Shown: one piece after another, positions 1-12,722 of the stretch | How the letters are laid out: every line of letters begins with the position of its first letter | Numbering within the stretch: position 1 is the stretch's first letter | NCBI GenBank assembly: GCA_963728565.1 | Contig: CAVSLC010000011.1 | Location: 32,001-96,000 of the forward strand | From: an uncultured delta proteobacterium | GTDB lineage: Bacteria; Desulfobacterota; Binatia; UBA9968 | Length of the DNA stretch: 64,000 nucleotides | Direction: 5' to 3' | Translations under genes and position numbers: made by a program | The notes under the pieces: model-generated | Databases searched by the model: none | The model's input: the letters and a program-made list of their open reading frames with translations, nothing else | Told to the model about the DNA's origin: nothing

Positions 1-611
1 CCTCGGACACTTGATCAATGGGAAGAAGGGGACTTCGCAGGAAAAAAGCTTATCGACGCCGATGCCACGGGCGCGAAATACATCTTTCGCAACCGCCACA
101 TCTCATTCGCCCAGCCGGAGTAAAACGCGAGATGCGTGATGACTTCAGAAATCTTGCTTGCTGGGCGTCGTCGTCGAGCGACAGATTGAAAATTTTACGG
201 CAATTCCGGCGTCTGATTGCGCGCGATCAGACCGCCAGGTAACGAGGCTGCGCTCGATAGCTCAGGGCATTTCCAGAGATCGCCAAGAGCGCCTGGCGTG
301 TACCTATCGAGCGCCGGTGCGACGATCCGAACGCCATGAAGCGTCAGCTTGGCCGGGAGAGTATCCGATGTGCCTGTCCGGTGCGTTTCACCGTGGCTGC
401 CACCTGAGATTCGTCCGACACGTCGCACAACACACTCAATCGCACTGCCGTCGGCGGACTTGATCTCGTCCACCGCTTCTGCAGGGCCCTCCTCTCTGAT
501 GTCCGCCAAAGTGACAGCCGCCCCTGGATGGGCGAAAGCCCGTGCCGTGGCAAGCCCGATGCGCTGGTAACCAACGCAACTTATCCCCTAGAAGTTGTAG
601 GTATTGCTCAT
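1..611 (-). pseudogene. SDR family oxidoreductase, heavily frameshifted, runs off the window start
   Basis: ATG at 611 after GGAG; stitched frames give KVALVTSASGL..ATARAF..AAVTLADI..CDVSDESQVAATV, typical of an SDR N-terminus; many indels. Confidence 0.65.
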
Positions 612-791
612 GAGTTTCTCCAAATGTAGCCAAGAAGCAGCGCCGCTATTGCGGCCGCCTACGCCTACTCGCTCCTCTACGCGTACCGGACGTGCATTAG
701 GTCCAGTCAAGTTGACCGCAGTGATGGAAGCGTCCCGCGTGTCGCTCCAGTCGCGTTCCACTGGATTCCGCTGCCCCGGATGATTTCCTTC

Positions 792-1966
<1,175 letters not shown>

Positions 1967-1974
1967 CTATCTTC

Positions 1975-2201
1975 ATTCCGGCCAACGATCTCGTGGCCGG
2001 GGACGAGCGGGTAGGTAGTACGGCATGACACTGCTCCAACTCGTTCCGCACCTGGTGGACGTCGGAGCATGCGGCAGATGCCGCAAAAAAGTATTTCGAT
2101 CTGTACATCGTGTATCGTTCGGATCGCGCCGCGCGATTGTGGTAAATGACCAGCGGCGATGCCGCACTAAGGCAGCGCGAATATGCTTTTGTCTTGTACA
2201 T
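1975..2201 (-). pseudogene. N-terminal remnant of a Zn-dependent NAD(P) alcohol dehydrogenase (YahK/AdhC-like)
   Basis: Stitched frames read MYKTKAYS..SPL..TTIARRDP..DVQIEILFCGIC.SDVHQVRNE..PLVPGHEIVG (GHE zinc motif); truncated just upstream of the AKR. Confidence 0.7.
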
Positions 2202-2269
2202 TCATCCACGGGAAGATCCGTCGCTATTTTTGAATCACCTTCGCTTTGCACGTCTAGCTCGATCATCCC

Positions 2270-2528
2270 GAATCGTGAGAGTGAAGCATGGCTTTGCCAT
2301 GCGGCGACCGCCGGGTTCTCATAGAGTGTGGCAGTGAAAGTCGCACCGATCGTATTTCTTTTTGTTCATTGTGCGACGAACCTTCGCCGTACGATCGGGT
2401 GCCTCGAACAGGGGATCGATACGTACAGTGCCGGTAAAATATTCCGCCGGTCCTTTGCTGGAAGGGCTGATGAACGCGTTTCTAATGTTATGATATCCAT
2501 TTCCGTATTCCGTGTTTTGCCGACTCAT
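2270..2528 (-). pseudogene. Cupin-domain protein remnant
   Basis: SSKGPAEYFTGTVRIDPLFEAPD is the typical N-terminus of cupins found next to LysR/AKR genes; degenerate EPGGR.AW and HSH downstream. Confidence 0.6.
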
Positions 2529-2643
2529 CGTTTATCATTAACGCCGTCGCTCGTCTCTTTTCTCCATGACGCAGAATGTAACAGTTGCGGCGGCAGGCGA
2601 TTAGAGGGTAGATTTCGCATGGACTTATGAGAAGTTTTCATCA

Positions 2644-3539
<896 letters not shown>

Positions 3540-3902
3540 CAGCGGCTAGCTTGTCGAGTGAGCGCGCTGACAGCTGTTCTAGTCGAGGCCTTTGTTAAAA
3601 ATTATGGCCCGAGTGCTCACGGTCTACGTGAATACGAGCGATCACTTTCATACCATCGGCTTGATCTTTCTCTCTGCGTCGGCCAGTTGCTGGGCTCATG
3701 CGCCGAAGCCGCGCACGGTCACCAATCTGCGGCACTGGCACTTCTCGAGCGGCGGATTGCTAGTGTTCAACGGTCTGTGCCCACAGTAGGCGATTCCGCT
3801 CCGAAGCTCTTCCCACTGTCAATGGCGATTGAGGTGTTGTCCCCAATCGTTAGACGTATTAGAAAAATGCGCTCAAAGTGTCAGGAGAAAATGAGGTGAT
3901 CC

Positions 3903-4877
3903 TTGGGCTTACCTGCGGTTAAACGTTCTGCTGAATCCGCCGTACGATTATTTGTTCTGTGGGTGTTTCTGGCAGCGCTCGCGGCATTGATTTGGCCGGG
4001 CGGTTTCACGTGGTTCCAGCCGCTGATTATACCCGGTCTTGGCGTGATCATGTTCGGCATGGGAACGGCTTTAACAGTAGCCGACTTCAGGCGGGTGGCG
4101 GAACAGCCATATCCTGTAGCCGTAGGATTGGTCGCGCAGTTTCTCATTATGCCGTTTATGGCCGCGGCTATCGCAAAACTCTTTGAGCTTCCGCCCGCGA
4201 TTGCGGCAGGATTGATCCTCGTGGGTTCGTGTCCGGGCGGCACCGCGTCCAATGTCATGACCTATCTCGCCAAAGGCGACGTCGCATTATCAGTAACCAT
4301 GACCTCCTGTTCGACGATTGCTTCGGTGGTCGCAACACCGTATCTGATGTTGTGGCTCGCTGGCACGTATGTATCGGTGCATCCGCAGGAACTCTTGTTA
4401 TCCATCCTCACGGTTGTGATCTTTCCGGTGGTCGCCGGGCTGATCGTTCGGCAATTTTTCGGAGACCGCGTGAGCCAACTCGATGCGCTGTTGCCAGTTG
4501 TCTCGGTGGCTCTCATTGTGATGGTTGTTGCCTGCATCGTCGCATTGTCCAGAGAGCAGCTGTTGGATACCGGCGCGCTGGTTTTTGTCACGGTAGCTGC
4601 GCACAACAGCTCCGGCTTGGTGTTGGGCTATTCCATGGCGAAGCTGGCAGGCCTTGACGCAGTGCGTTGCCGGACGATTGCCATCGAAGTCGGCATGCAA
4701 AACTCGGGTTTGGGAGTAGCGCTGGCGCGCAAGCATTTTGCAGACGTGTTAGTTGCGTTGCCGGCGGCAATTTTTAGCGTAGTGCAGAATATCACCGGCC
4801 CGGCCGTAGCCAACTTATGGTCGCGCAACTCACCGAGTCCATCGTCGCGGAGTGTAGCGGCGCGTCAGATCCAATAA
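3903..4877 (+). CDS. Bile acid:sodium symporter (BASS/PanS-like) family transporter
   Basis: IMFGMG, GSCPGGTASNV and IEVGMQNSGLG motifs; multiple TM helices. Confidence 0.93.
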   Translation: MGLPAVKRSAESAVRLFVLWVFLAALAALIWPGGFTWFQPLIIPGLGVIMFGMGTALTVADFRRVAEQPYPVAVGLVAQFLIMPFMAAAIAKLFELPPAIAAGLILVGSCPGGTASNVMTYLAKGDVALSVTMTSCSTIASVVATPYLMLWLAGTYVSVHPQELLLSILTVVIFPVVAGLIVRQFFGDRVSQLDALLPVVSVALIVMVVACIVALSREQLLDTGALVFVTVAAHNSSGLVLGYSMAKLAGLDAVRCRTIAIEVGMQNSGLGVALARKHFADVLVALPAAIFSVVQNITGPAVANLWSRNSPSPSSRSVAARQIQ

Positions 4878-5039
4878 AGGTTTAGGTCCCCGGCGATCTT
4901 TCTTGGTGTTCATGTGGATTCGTTGAGGCCAAGATCATAGCGCGGTTGACGAACATCTACTCGTTGACTAGTCTCAATAAGCAACGGTTGAGTGACAAAC
5001 CGGTTGTCCCTCGGCAGAATAAGCGGGATCCGTATCACG

Positions 5040-5402
5040 ATGACTAAGATTCTGCTTGTCGAAGATCATCCCGAATTGCGGGAGGTCCTCCAGCGCCAAA
5101 TCGAGTGGCTGGGGTTTACTACCATCATTGCTAAGAACGGCAAGGAGGGCGTTGATACAGCTATCGCGGAGAAACCAGACTTGATTCTGATGAATTCCTT
5201 GATGCCAGAGATGGATGGTTGGGAAGCGACCAAGATATTGCGCTCAAATCCTCAGACTAAGGACATTCCGATCTTGGCCGCGACGGCAATGTTCCGGCCC
5301 GCCGATCTAAGAGCTTGGTTAGACGTGGGATGCAACGACTACATTGTCAAACCATTTACATTGGATGAACTCTCAAGGAAGATTAGGGCTCTTATTTCGT
5401 GA
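5040..5402 (+). CDS. Single-domain response regulator (DivK-like) with Asn at the phosphoacceptor site
   Basis: ILLVED, PDLILMNSLMPEMDG, ATA and YIVKPF receiver motifs. Confidence 0.88.
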   Translation: MTKILLVEDHPELREVLQRQIEWLGFTTIIAKNGKEGVDTAIAEKPDLILMNSLMPEMDGWEATKILRSNPQTKDIPILAATAMFRPADLRAWLDVGCNDYIVKPFTLDELSRKIRALIS

Positions 5403-5777
5403 GGCGTTGGCGAGTCGGCGGCGACATCTTAGTTCGTCATAATGACTTTCGTACATAAGGGGTCATTCAAAGCTTACCGACGTTTTGGCCGTTGAAAACG
5501 ATGTTCCCAGGGACTCCGCATTACAACGTGTGACCGCTTATTATCGGTCGATGCGGTTTTGTGGTTCCAGAGTTTCATCGGTTTGAAGAGAGCCTTTTCG
5601 GTCCATCGGTGTTCAGCTACATGGTCAGTTGCAAATCACATTTGTCTTTAAGCCAATCACACTCTCGTCACTTCCGTAGCAACCACTTCAGCCGCTTCGC
5701 TTCCTATGTAAAAAGGACTCCGCGCTTCATGGACCATCGAACGTCTTGCGTAAGTAAGATCCGAGAAGCGGCGCATC

Positions 5778-6243
5778 TTGACTAGAAAAGCAGAGCTTGA
5801 CAGCCATTCTTTTGCCGCAGTAGGGTCGACCAGAGTAACAGTGAATACGCTAAAGAAAATCCGACTGCTGCTGGTTTCCGTTTTTTTGGCCTCGCCGGCG
5901 ATCTTGTCTGGTGCAGAACGTCACATCCATACTAGCGCTGGGTTAGGCGGTTCAGGTTTGCCTCTTTACGTTGCGAAGAGCGCCGGCATCTTCGAAAAAT
6001 ATGGACTCGACGTCGATTTGCTCGTTATTCCCGGCGGACCCCTTGGGATGCAGACCCTTGTCAGCGGCAACACTCAGTCCGCCAATATTGCGGCCATGAC
6101 TCCAATCAGGACAGTTCTGGCGGGCGGGGACATCGTGATGGTGGGCGGACATCTTAACCGTCAGATGTTCAACGACGTTGCAGAGCATTGAAATAACTCG
6201 TCCCGAGTCGCTTAGAAGTCGATTTGCGAGAGTCACGCGGTAG
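5778..6243 (+). pseudogene. Truncated NMT1/SsuA-type ABC substrate-binding protein
   Basis: LPLYVAKSAGIFEKYGLDVDL N-terminal motif; stops after ~137 aa, with EITRPESLR continuing in a shifted frame. Confidence 0.65.
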
Positions 6244-6274
6244 GAGCGTTGCTCGATCTTGTGATTGCTGCGCA

Positions 6275-7258
6275 TTATTTTTTGGTCGGTTTAGCAATGA
6301 TGTCGAAAAAAACGTTCTGGTCATCGAAGGCAAAGCCGGCTAATTCCCCATTATCGTTTAGGGCGTTTACACTTTGCCAGGTGTAGCCGTCAGGGCTGTT
6401 AATGCGAAGGTAATTCCCATCATTGTATAAATAGTAAGCTGCGACACCGTCCACGGTAGCAAACATCAGTGCCTGATCGTTGTTGTTGAGTTGCCGAACA
6501 TCACTGTTACCAGTAGCACCGGGAACTCTCAGTTCAGTAAACTGTCCGTTGTCCCATAAAAATGCATGTCGACCGTTAGTGTCCGAGTAGTGACCGACCA
6601 CCTTTAAACTGTTATTGATCGCAATAGCCTCTACCAGCGCCTCTATCGTTGGCGGCGAAATGTTTTGGTACTGCCCGTCGCTGCTGCGAATGAAACTGAA
6701 ATTGCCGGAAGTACCCGACGACCGCCCGACGATCTCCCCAAAATCATTGACGCCATACGCGACCGTTGATGTAGCACCCGACGCAGTAAAGTGAAACAGA
6801 TTGCCATTTTTACTGCGCAGGAAACCGGTTTCTATCTGAAGCAAATCATCATGACAGAATCCAACAATGTCGCCGCGATTATTCATTCCCAAAGGCGTTG
6901 TAAAGCGTTGAGTCGCGCCATCGGAGAACACTGCGCATTCAAAGTCTGTGACCTTGCGCTTCCTATCGACAAAAGAACCGGCAAAATCACCGATGAGCGC
7001 CAATTCTCGAGATCGATTAACCGCCGCTATGAATTTACCCTGTAGAGGGAAGACCTCCGTGACGGTGTAGTTGATCTCGGCGGGCGGCGCTGGCTTCTTG
7101 TCTGCGTTCTCAGGATTTGCGGCAGTCTTAACAGGTTGTGCCTGTCCAATGCCGGGAACCATCAATGCTAGGACGAAAAGAGCTACAGCCAAGACTTTTC
7201 TTTGCCCCTTTTCGTTGTTGCCAGGGGATACGCAAGCAGAAGCAAGTAGCAGTCTCAT
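6275..7258 (-). CDS. Secreted HAF-repeat (extracellular repeat) protein
   Basis: Signal-like N-terminus; repeats GMNNRGDIVG, GVNDFGEIVG, AINNSLKVVG..HAFLW, LNDNGELAG; GGAGG RBS. Confidence 0.8.
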   Translation of the reverse strand: MRLLLASACVSPGNNEKGQRKVLAVALFVLALMVPGIGQAQPVKTAANPENADKKPAPPAEINYTVTEVFPLQGKFIAAVNRSRELALIGDFAGSFVDRKRKVTDFECAVFSDGATQRFTTPLGMNNRGDIVGFCHDDLLQIETGFLRSKNGNLFHFTASGATSTVAYGVNDFGEIVGRSSGTSGNFSFIRSSDGQYQNISPPTIEALVEAIAINNSLKVVGHYSDTNGRHAFLWDNGQFTELRVPGATGNSDVRQLNNNDQALMFATVDGVAAYYLYNDGNYLRINSPDGYTWQSVNALNDNGELAGFAFDDQNVFFDIIAKPTKK

Positions 7259-7670
7259 TTAGACCTCCAGACCCGAGATTGGTTTTGGTCTAACACATTA
7301 GCGCGCAACGCAATTTCATGACTCTGCCGGTATAGGGACTAGGTTCGCCTGAACCCGGAATCACATTGTAGCCAAGAACTTCCAAAAGCTACCAACGATT
7401 GCCTAGAACCGCATAGCATCGCAAGGATGCTCGGGTCAATAGAATTCCGCAATCGTGCAGCTAGTTAGAAGGAAAGGGGGGTTTTGGATTGTGTGCTGTC
7501 GCCGTGGCGTGAGACGTCAGGCGCAGCAACGGACGTCTGCTTTCAACCCCGGCCGGTTACTTAGATACCTACGTGAGGGGTAAAAAAAATTTTCAGAGAA
7601 CCTTCTTTTCGGCGCATCGGTCGGCTATGCCGAGATGGCAGCAGTATTCCGGACGAGAGCAAACGACAAC

Positions 7671-8777
7671 TCAGGTCCAGTAAAGGATTCGAGCATTTGG
7701 CAAATGTTCGGCAATCGCCTGGTCGAAAAACTTACGCATCTCCTTCATCGACTCCGCCGGATACACGTATTTCAACGAGCCGAACTTCGTACGTTTCTTG
7801 GCTCTGGTATTCTCGTCCATATCGAGGGTAGAGGCGTTATACCACTCGTTCAAAACGGTCTTCGATTTTGGCGTGAACCGGTGGGTGATAAGTTCGATTG
7901 TCAGATCGACGTTGGCTAAACCTGCGAGCGCCGCCGCAGCCTGCCGCAACAACCGCCCATAAGCTTCCCGCCAATTACCTTCGGGCATGATCGGCGCGAT
8001 CGTAAGCCCAACCGGATAACCCGCGAGCGCCGCGCGCCGCATGCCGTCGAGGCGTGCGGGCATGCCGGCGGTGCCGCCTTCAAAGCGCGCCACCGGAGCG
8101 CTATTGACTGAGAAGCGGATGCGCGTGTGATTGTTGTGCGGAATGGTGAGCAGTGAATCGAGATTGTCGTACTTCGTCGTACAGCGTAGCTGCACCGGTG
8201 CCTGCCATGCGCCGAAATGAGAGATGGCCTTGGCGAGCGAGCCCGTGAGATGTTCGATACCCAGTGGATCGGTGTAGCACGAGCCTTCATAGGTTGTGCC
8301 TTCATCGGCGCGGGCCTGTGAAGCGGAGGTGATATGGCCGCGTCCGACATACTCGGCGAGCCCGTCTAGAATTTCTTCTATATTGGCATAAACACGGGTT
8401 ACGGGCGGGCCGCTAAGCGAACCGGCGAGATAACAGTATTGGCAATGGGCCGGGCAGCCTTCAGCCAAATCGAACCGCCAATCGGCGCTGGGCGGAATCG
8501 GCTGGAGCTTCCGTTTCGAAGCCGGCGACATGACGATGGCGAGTGTGGACTTCGCGTTCATATACGCTCGTCGCGGATCGTCGCTCACAAGCCCGCTCAA
8601 ACGATTGGAATCTAGCTCGACCACTTCCGCGCCCAAAGCAGCAGCTTTCTCGGCAATGTTCCGGCCATGGGCTAATTCACGAGCTGCAGGTGTGATCAGT
8701 ACCCGCTTGGGACGCCAGAGTTTCACCTGGCTATGCGTATGTGCAGATTCAGAGGACATGAAGATCCTGAGACTCAC
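7671..8777 (-). CDS. Spore photoproduct lyase-like radical SAM protein (SplB-like, catalytic Cys kept)
   Basis: CPAHCQYCYL radical SAM motif; YEGSCYTDPLGIE, TRIRFSVN, ITHRFT and KFGSLKYVYP resemble SplB motifs. Confidence 0.88.
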   Translation of the reverse strand: MSLRIFMSSESAHTHSQVKLWRPKRVLITPAARELAHGRNIAEKAAALGAEVVELDSNRLSGLVSDDPRRAYMNAKSTLAIVMSPASKRKLQPIPPSADWRFDLAEGCPAHCQYCYLAGSLSGPPVTRVYANIEEILDGLAEYVGRGHITSASQARADEGTTYEGSCYTDPLGIEHLTGSLAKAISHFGAWQAPVQLRCTTKYDNLDSLLTIPHNNHTRIRFSVNSAPVARFEGGTAGMPARLDGMRRAALAGYPVGLTIAPIMPEGNWREAYGRLLRQAAAALAGLANVDLTIELITHRFTPKSKTVLNEWYNASTLDMDENTRAKKRTKFGSLKYVYPAESMKEMRKFFDQAIAEHLPNARILYWT

Positions 8778-8786
8778 AACTGGAGC

Positions 8787-9854
8787 TTAGAAGGCGTACC
8801 GCACTTCGCAGCCGGGTAAGGTGCGTTTTAAAGCGCCGAGAAAAGATTCGAGGTAGCGGCGCTTCTCGTGCACCTTGTAGCGCAGGTTCCACATGCCGTT
8901 TTGGCTGAGCTTTTTCTGCTGCAGCTCAGGGCGCCACAGCCAGTCCTCTGCTCGGGGATGCCAGCGTAAGTTGACTTCGTGCAGTGCCGCATTGTGCGTC
9001 AGGAAAATGACTTCGGCCTTGAGCTGCTCTTTCGCGGCGGAGGACAGCGTCGCATCCAATTTCTCGAAGAGCTCGAGATAATCCGTCAGCCAGGCGTCAT
9101 AGACGATCACTGGGGAAAAATTGATGTGGACCTCGTAGCCCGCGTCTACGAAATCGTTGATCACCGCGATGCGTTCGCGCACCGGCGAAGTGCGCACGTC
9201 GACAACTTGTGCGACCCGCTCGGGCATCAAAGAAAAGCGAATGCGGGTCTTCTTTTGAGGATCGTAGCCGAGCAGATCGCGATTGACGTACTTGGTCGCG
9301 AAGCTCCCCTTGGCATTGGGAATGTCGCGAAAAGTGGCGATGAGATCGCGCACATTGTCGGAAACCATGGCATCAACTGATAAATCGCCGTTCTCGCCGA
9401 GATCGTAAACCCACAGCCTGGGATCCACCTGATCCGCTGCCGGCTTGACGCCCTGCCGCTCTGCGTGTCGCATCAGCGCGGCGCAGATCTGCTCGACATT
9501 GACGAAAACAGTGATCGGATTGGCGTAACCCTTACGCCGCGGCACATAGCAGTAGCCACATGCCATAGCGCAGCCGTTTGACGTTGACGGTGCGATAAAG
9601 TTGGAGCTGCGTTCATTGGGCCTCATGCTCATGCTCTTCTTCACGCCGAGTACCAGGGTATGTTGCTTGATGCGCAGCCAGTCTTCCGCGTTGCCTTGGT
9701 TGCCATAAAGAGTGGGAATTTGATTGTGCGACGGAACCATGATGCGCCGCGCGTCCGGATAGCGCTCGAGCACCTGTCGGCCGCGATCATAGGTTTCGAC
9801 CGCCTGCTCCATGTAGATCGTTTGAATGTCGAGAATATCCCGGGGAAGTGCCAT
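8787..9854 (-). CDS. Spore photoproduct lyase family radical SAM protein (second, divergent subfamily)
   Basis: CAMACGYCYVPRRKGYANP, YDLGENGDLSVD, SFATKYVN, RIRFSLMP and EVIFLTHN motifs. Confidence 0.85.
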   Translation of the reverse strand: MALPRDILDIQTIYMEQAVETYDRGRQVLERYPDARRIMVPSHNQIPTLYGNQGNAEDWLRIKQHTLVLGVKKSMSMRPNERSSNFIAPSTSNGCAMACGYCYVPRRKGYANPITVFVNVEQICAALMRHAERQGVKPAADQVDPRLWVYDLGENGDLSVDAMVSDNVRDLIATFRDIPNAKGSFATKYVNRDLLGYDPQKKTRIRFSLMPERVAQVVDVRTSPVRERIAVINDFVDAGYEVHINFSPVIVYDAWLTDYLELFEKLDATLSSAAKEQLKAEVIFLTHNAALHEVNLRWHPRAEDWLWRPELQQKKLSQNGMWNLRYKVHEKRRYLESFLGALKRTLPGCEVRYAF

Positions 9855-10133
9855 GCGTCTTATGTCAGTATTGCTGACGGCGGCTTCACCTTCAACAGTG
9901 TAGGTCGTCGACCTCCGGACGACATCGCGACGTTCTCCTCACGGCCACGCCAGAGTAAAGTGCCTTCCAAGAAATGGAGCTTTAGGGTGGGATCTGGCAG
10001 CATAATGCATTAGACCAGAGCTTCTCAGATCTGGATTTTTATTTCAGTGCGGTAAAGCATTGAGGGAGATGTTAATGGGAGCGATCTCCAGGAGCTGGAT
10101 TCAAACCTTCCATATAGTCAGGATATCAAGCCG

Positions 10134-10625
10134 ATGAATATCATCGATCAATTGCTCGGCAACGAGGCAGGCAATTTCATCCAGTTTGTGAAGTATGCCA
10201 TCAGTGGAGGGATCGCGACGATCACCCACATCCTGATATTTCACCTTGTCGCCTGGAAATTATTCTACGCCTTGCAGGCAAATGACTGGTTCGTAAAAAT
10301 CCTTAAGCTGCCCATTCATCAGATCAGCCACAGCGTTCGGGCACGCAATTCCATGAAGGCGAATGGCGTTGCCTTTGTCATCTCAAATTTGGTCGCCTAC
10401 ATTATCAACATCTATTGGGTTTTTGTTCCGGGCCGGCATCATTGGATCGTGCAAATTGGCCTGTTTTATGTGGTTTCAGGTGTTGCCATAGTGGTTGGTA
10501 CCGCGCTGATGGTGTCCTTGATTCGGCGGTTCGGGATGTTAACGACTCATGCTTTTGGCGCGAACATTTTCGCTGGTTTGATGATCAATTATGCAATGCG
10601 CAAGTTTTTTATCTTCAGTGGCTGA
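10134..10625 (+). CDS. GtrA family membrane protein
   Basis: QFVKYAISGG, AYIINIYWVF and INYAMRKFFIF motifs; four TM segments. Confidence 0.8.
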   Translation: MNIIDQLLGNEAGNFIQFVKYAISGGIATITHILIFHLVAWKLFYALQANDWFVKILKLPIHQISHSVRARNSMKANGVAFVISNLVAYIINIYWVFVPGRHHWIVQIGLFYVVSGVAIVVGTALMVSLIRRFGMLTTHAFGANIFAGLMINYAMRKFFIFSG

Positions 10626-10855
10626 GTCGGTCATTTCGGGCGAACTATAACCGGTTCGAATTCAGGCCGGCTTCCGCGCTGGTTATGTTTGGCGGCGATT
10701 TGATCGATGGCAGCCTCGAAATATAGTGATGCGAGGCAGCTTCGAGAACCCCTGCTTGCCGTGACTCGTCTGCAGGCTGTTCCGCTTTCGTTTCGATTGC
10801 GCTTGACCGGTTTTCGCCGTTTAGGCTAGCGTGCTCACAAAGATCGGAGGTCCCG

Positions 10856-10966
10856 ATGCCTGTCATTCCGCTCAAGCCTGTCGATCGGGTCGACGTGTTG
10901 AGTGTCATGGACAATTCCATCGACGTGCTCCTGGGAAACACGCCGGTGGCGCGCCGGGTCAAGTGA
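10856..10966 (+). pseudogene. N-terminal remnant of an MBL-fold metallo-hydrolase
   Basis: GGAGG RBS then MPVIPLKPVDRVDVLSVMDNSIDVLLGNTPVARRVK*, resembling the start of MBL-fold proteins (recognised by eye). Confidence 0.5.
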
Positions 10967-11388
10967 TCGCGCGACTCGCACAGCCGCCCGCGGCTGGCGC
11001 GTAACCCACATTACGGTGCGAGATTTTCCCGGATGCTTACGGCCGGTCCGGCCGATAAGGAAAACTAATGGCAGCCATTTGAAAAAAATATTGGCTAAGT
11101 TGCTGAGCTTTATTATAGAAGCTCCTATTGGCCATTGGCATAGATTTCCCTTGCTTATTCGGAACAAACAGATGCCACGAAATGAACCACTGCCGGTAAG
11201 CCGCTGACGATACTGACATGGCCGGCTCGGTCCCGGCAGCCTGCACTGGGGAGGTAAGCCTGGACAGAGCATCCAAGGGCTACGAGGTGAAGATGCAAAG
11301 ATCGCAGGCGGGCAAATTCCCGCCACACCAACTTTCTTATTGGCTCGGTAGATCTCTACCCGCAACCGGTCGCTTTGAAGGAGCAGTT

Positions 11389-12722
11389 ATGCAGAAACGT
11401 ATTAAAGTGTTGTTTTGGCTGTGCGCTTCCCTAGTTGTTCTGGGAACTTCGTCAGCATTGGCGCAGCCCACGCCGATGATGAAGCAGTTCTGCAGTTCCC
11501 CGGTGGAGGTCAGGGTCTCTACTGGGCGCCAAGCAGCGGTTCGATTTCTCACATTGCATTTCTAGCTATACACAGAACGGGCGATTACCTTGCGCACGTC
11601 TCCACGCAAGAGTTGCCGCGCCGCGGCTTCAGTGTTCTCGGTATGAACTCACGGTTCAAAAATAACGAGGCAGACGTTGAGTGGGAACTCATCGCTTTAG
11701 ATGTACGGGCTGGAGTCCGGTTTCTGCGACAGCAACCGGGCATTACGAGGGTGATACTCATCGGGCATAGCGACGGCGGACCGACTACGTCGTATTATCA
11801 GGCGGTTGCGGAAAACGGCCCGGCTTATTGTCAAGGTGCGAACAAACTCAGCCCTTGTTCTGATCAGCAGTTAGCTGGTTTCACGGCGGCTGATAGAGCT
11901 GACGGGATAGTCTTTTTAGACGCGCATCCCAGCAACACGATCACCACGTTGCGAGCGCTGAATGGTGCTGTTCAGAACGAGAAAAACCCCAAGAACCTCA
12001 GGGACAACCTGGATCCCTTCAGCGAAAAAAATGGCTTTAATCCCAACGGGGACTCGGTCTATTCGAGCAATTTTGTGGATCGATACTCCCGGGCACAGTC
12101 GCGCCGGATGAACGACCTGATCAAGCAAGCGCTCGACATAAAACAGGATATCGAGGCTGACAAACACTTCCCAAGCAGATGACGACGCTTTCATCTTTTA
12201 CCGTAATAAAGCGCGGCTTTCAAATTTCAGTACCGGCGTCCATGGGAGTACTGTCAATCCTGCCGACCTGCTAAAGAACGACGGCACAATTGAATCAGGT
12301 AAGATCGTCAAAACTGTACGTGCCCCCGACCCCAGCCGGCGCGAAGCAGACGCGAGCTTTGGCGGAATCGCATTTTCGACGATAACTGCCTTCCTGAGCG
12401 CCAATGCAATTCTCAGCACGCACTCTTTAAATGAAACTGAAATAGATTGGTGCAGCAGCGACAATTCCGTTCCATGCGCCGTTCGGAGCATTTCGGTACC
12501 ATCCTGGTCGTTGCAATGCAGGGTCACTACTTCATTCGGGATGGCGAGTACATCTATGAAACATCAGCCAGCGATGACAAAGAATTTATCGTACTCGAGG
12601 GAGCAAATCACGGGCTGGGACCCTGCGCTCCTTGTGCCGCGCTGCACAACAACGCCGACTACAGTAATGCCCGAATCAATTTATTCAATCATATAAGAGA
12701 TTGGGTAGGCGAGAGCTTCTAA
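11389..12722 (+). CDS. Secreted alpha/beta hydrolase (frameshifts near 11480, 12170 and 12500)
   Basis: Signal peptide MQKRIKVLFWLCASLVVLGTSSALAQ; GHSDGG nucleophile elbow; EGANHG catalytic His. Confidence 0.78.

Noticed and set aside
6275-7258. HAF repeats as a possible diversity-generating retroelement target
   Set aside because: No reverse transcriptase and no template/variable repeat pair seen
6189-12182. Other premature TGA stops (6189, 10964, 12180) as possible selenocysteine codons
   Set aside because: No Cys-like redox motif or evident SECIS; the coding signal continues in a different frame or decays
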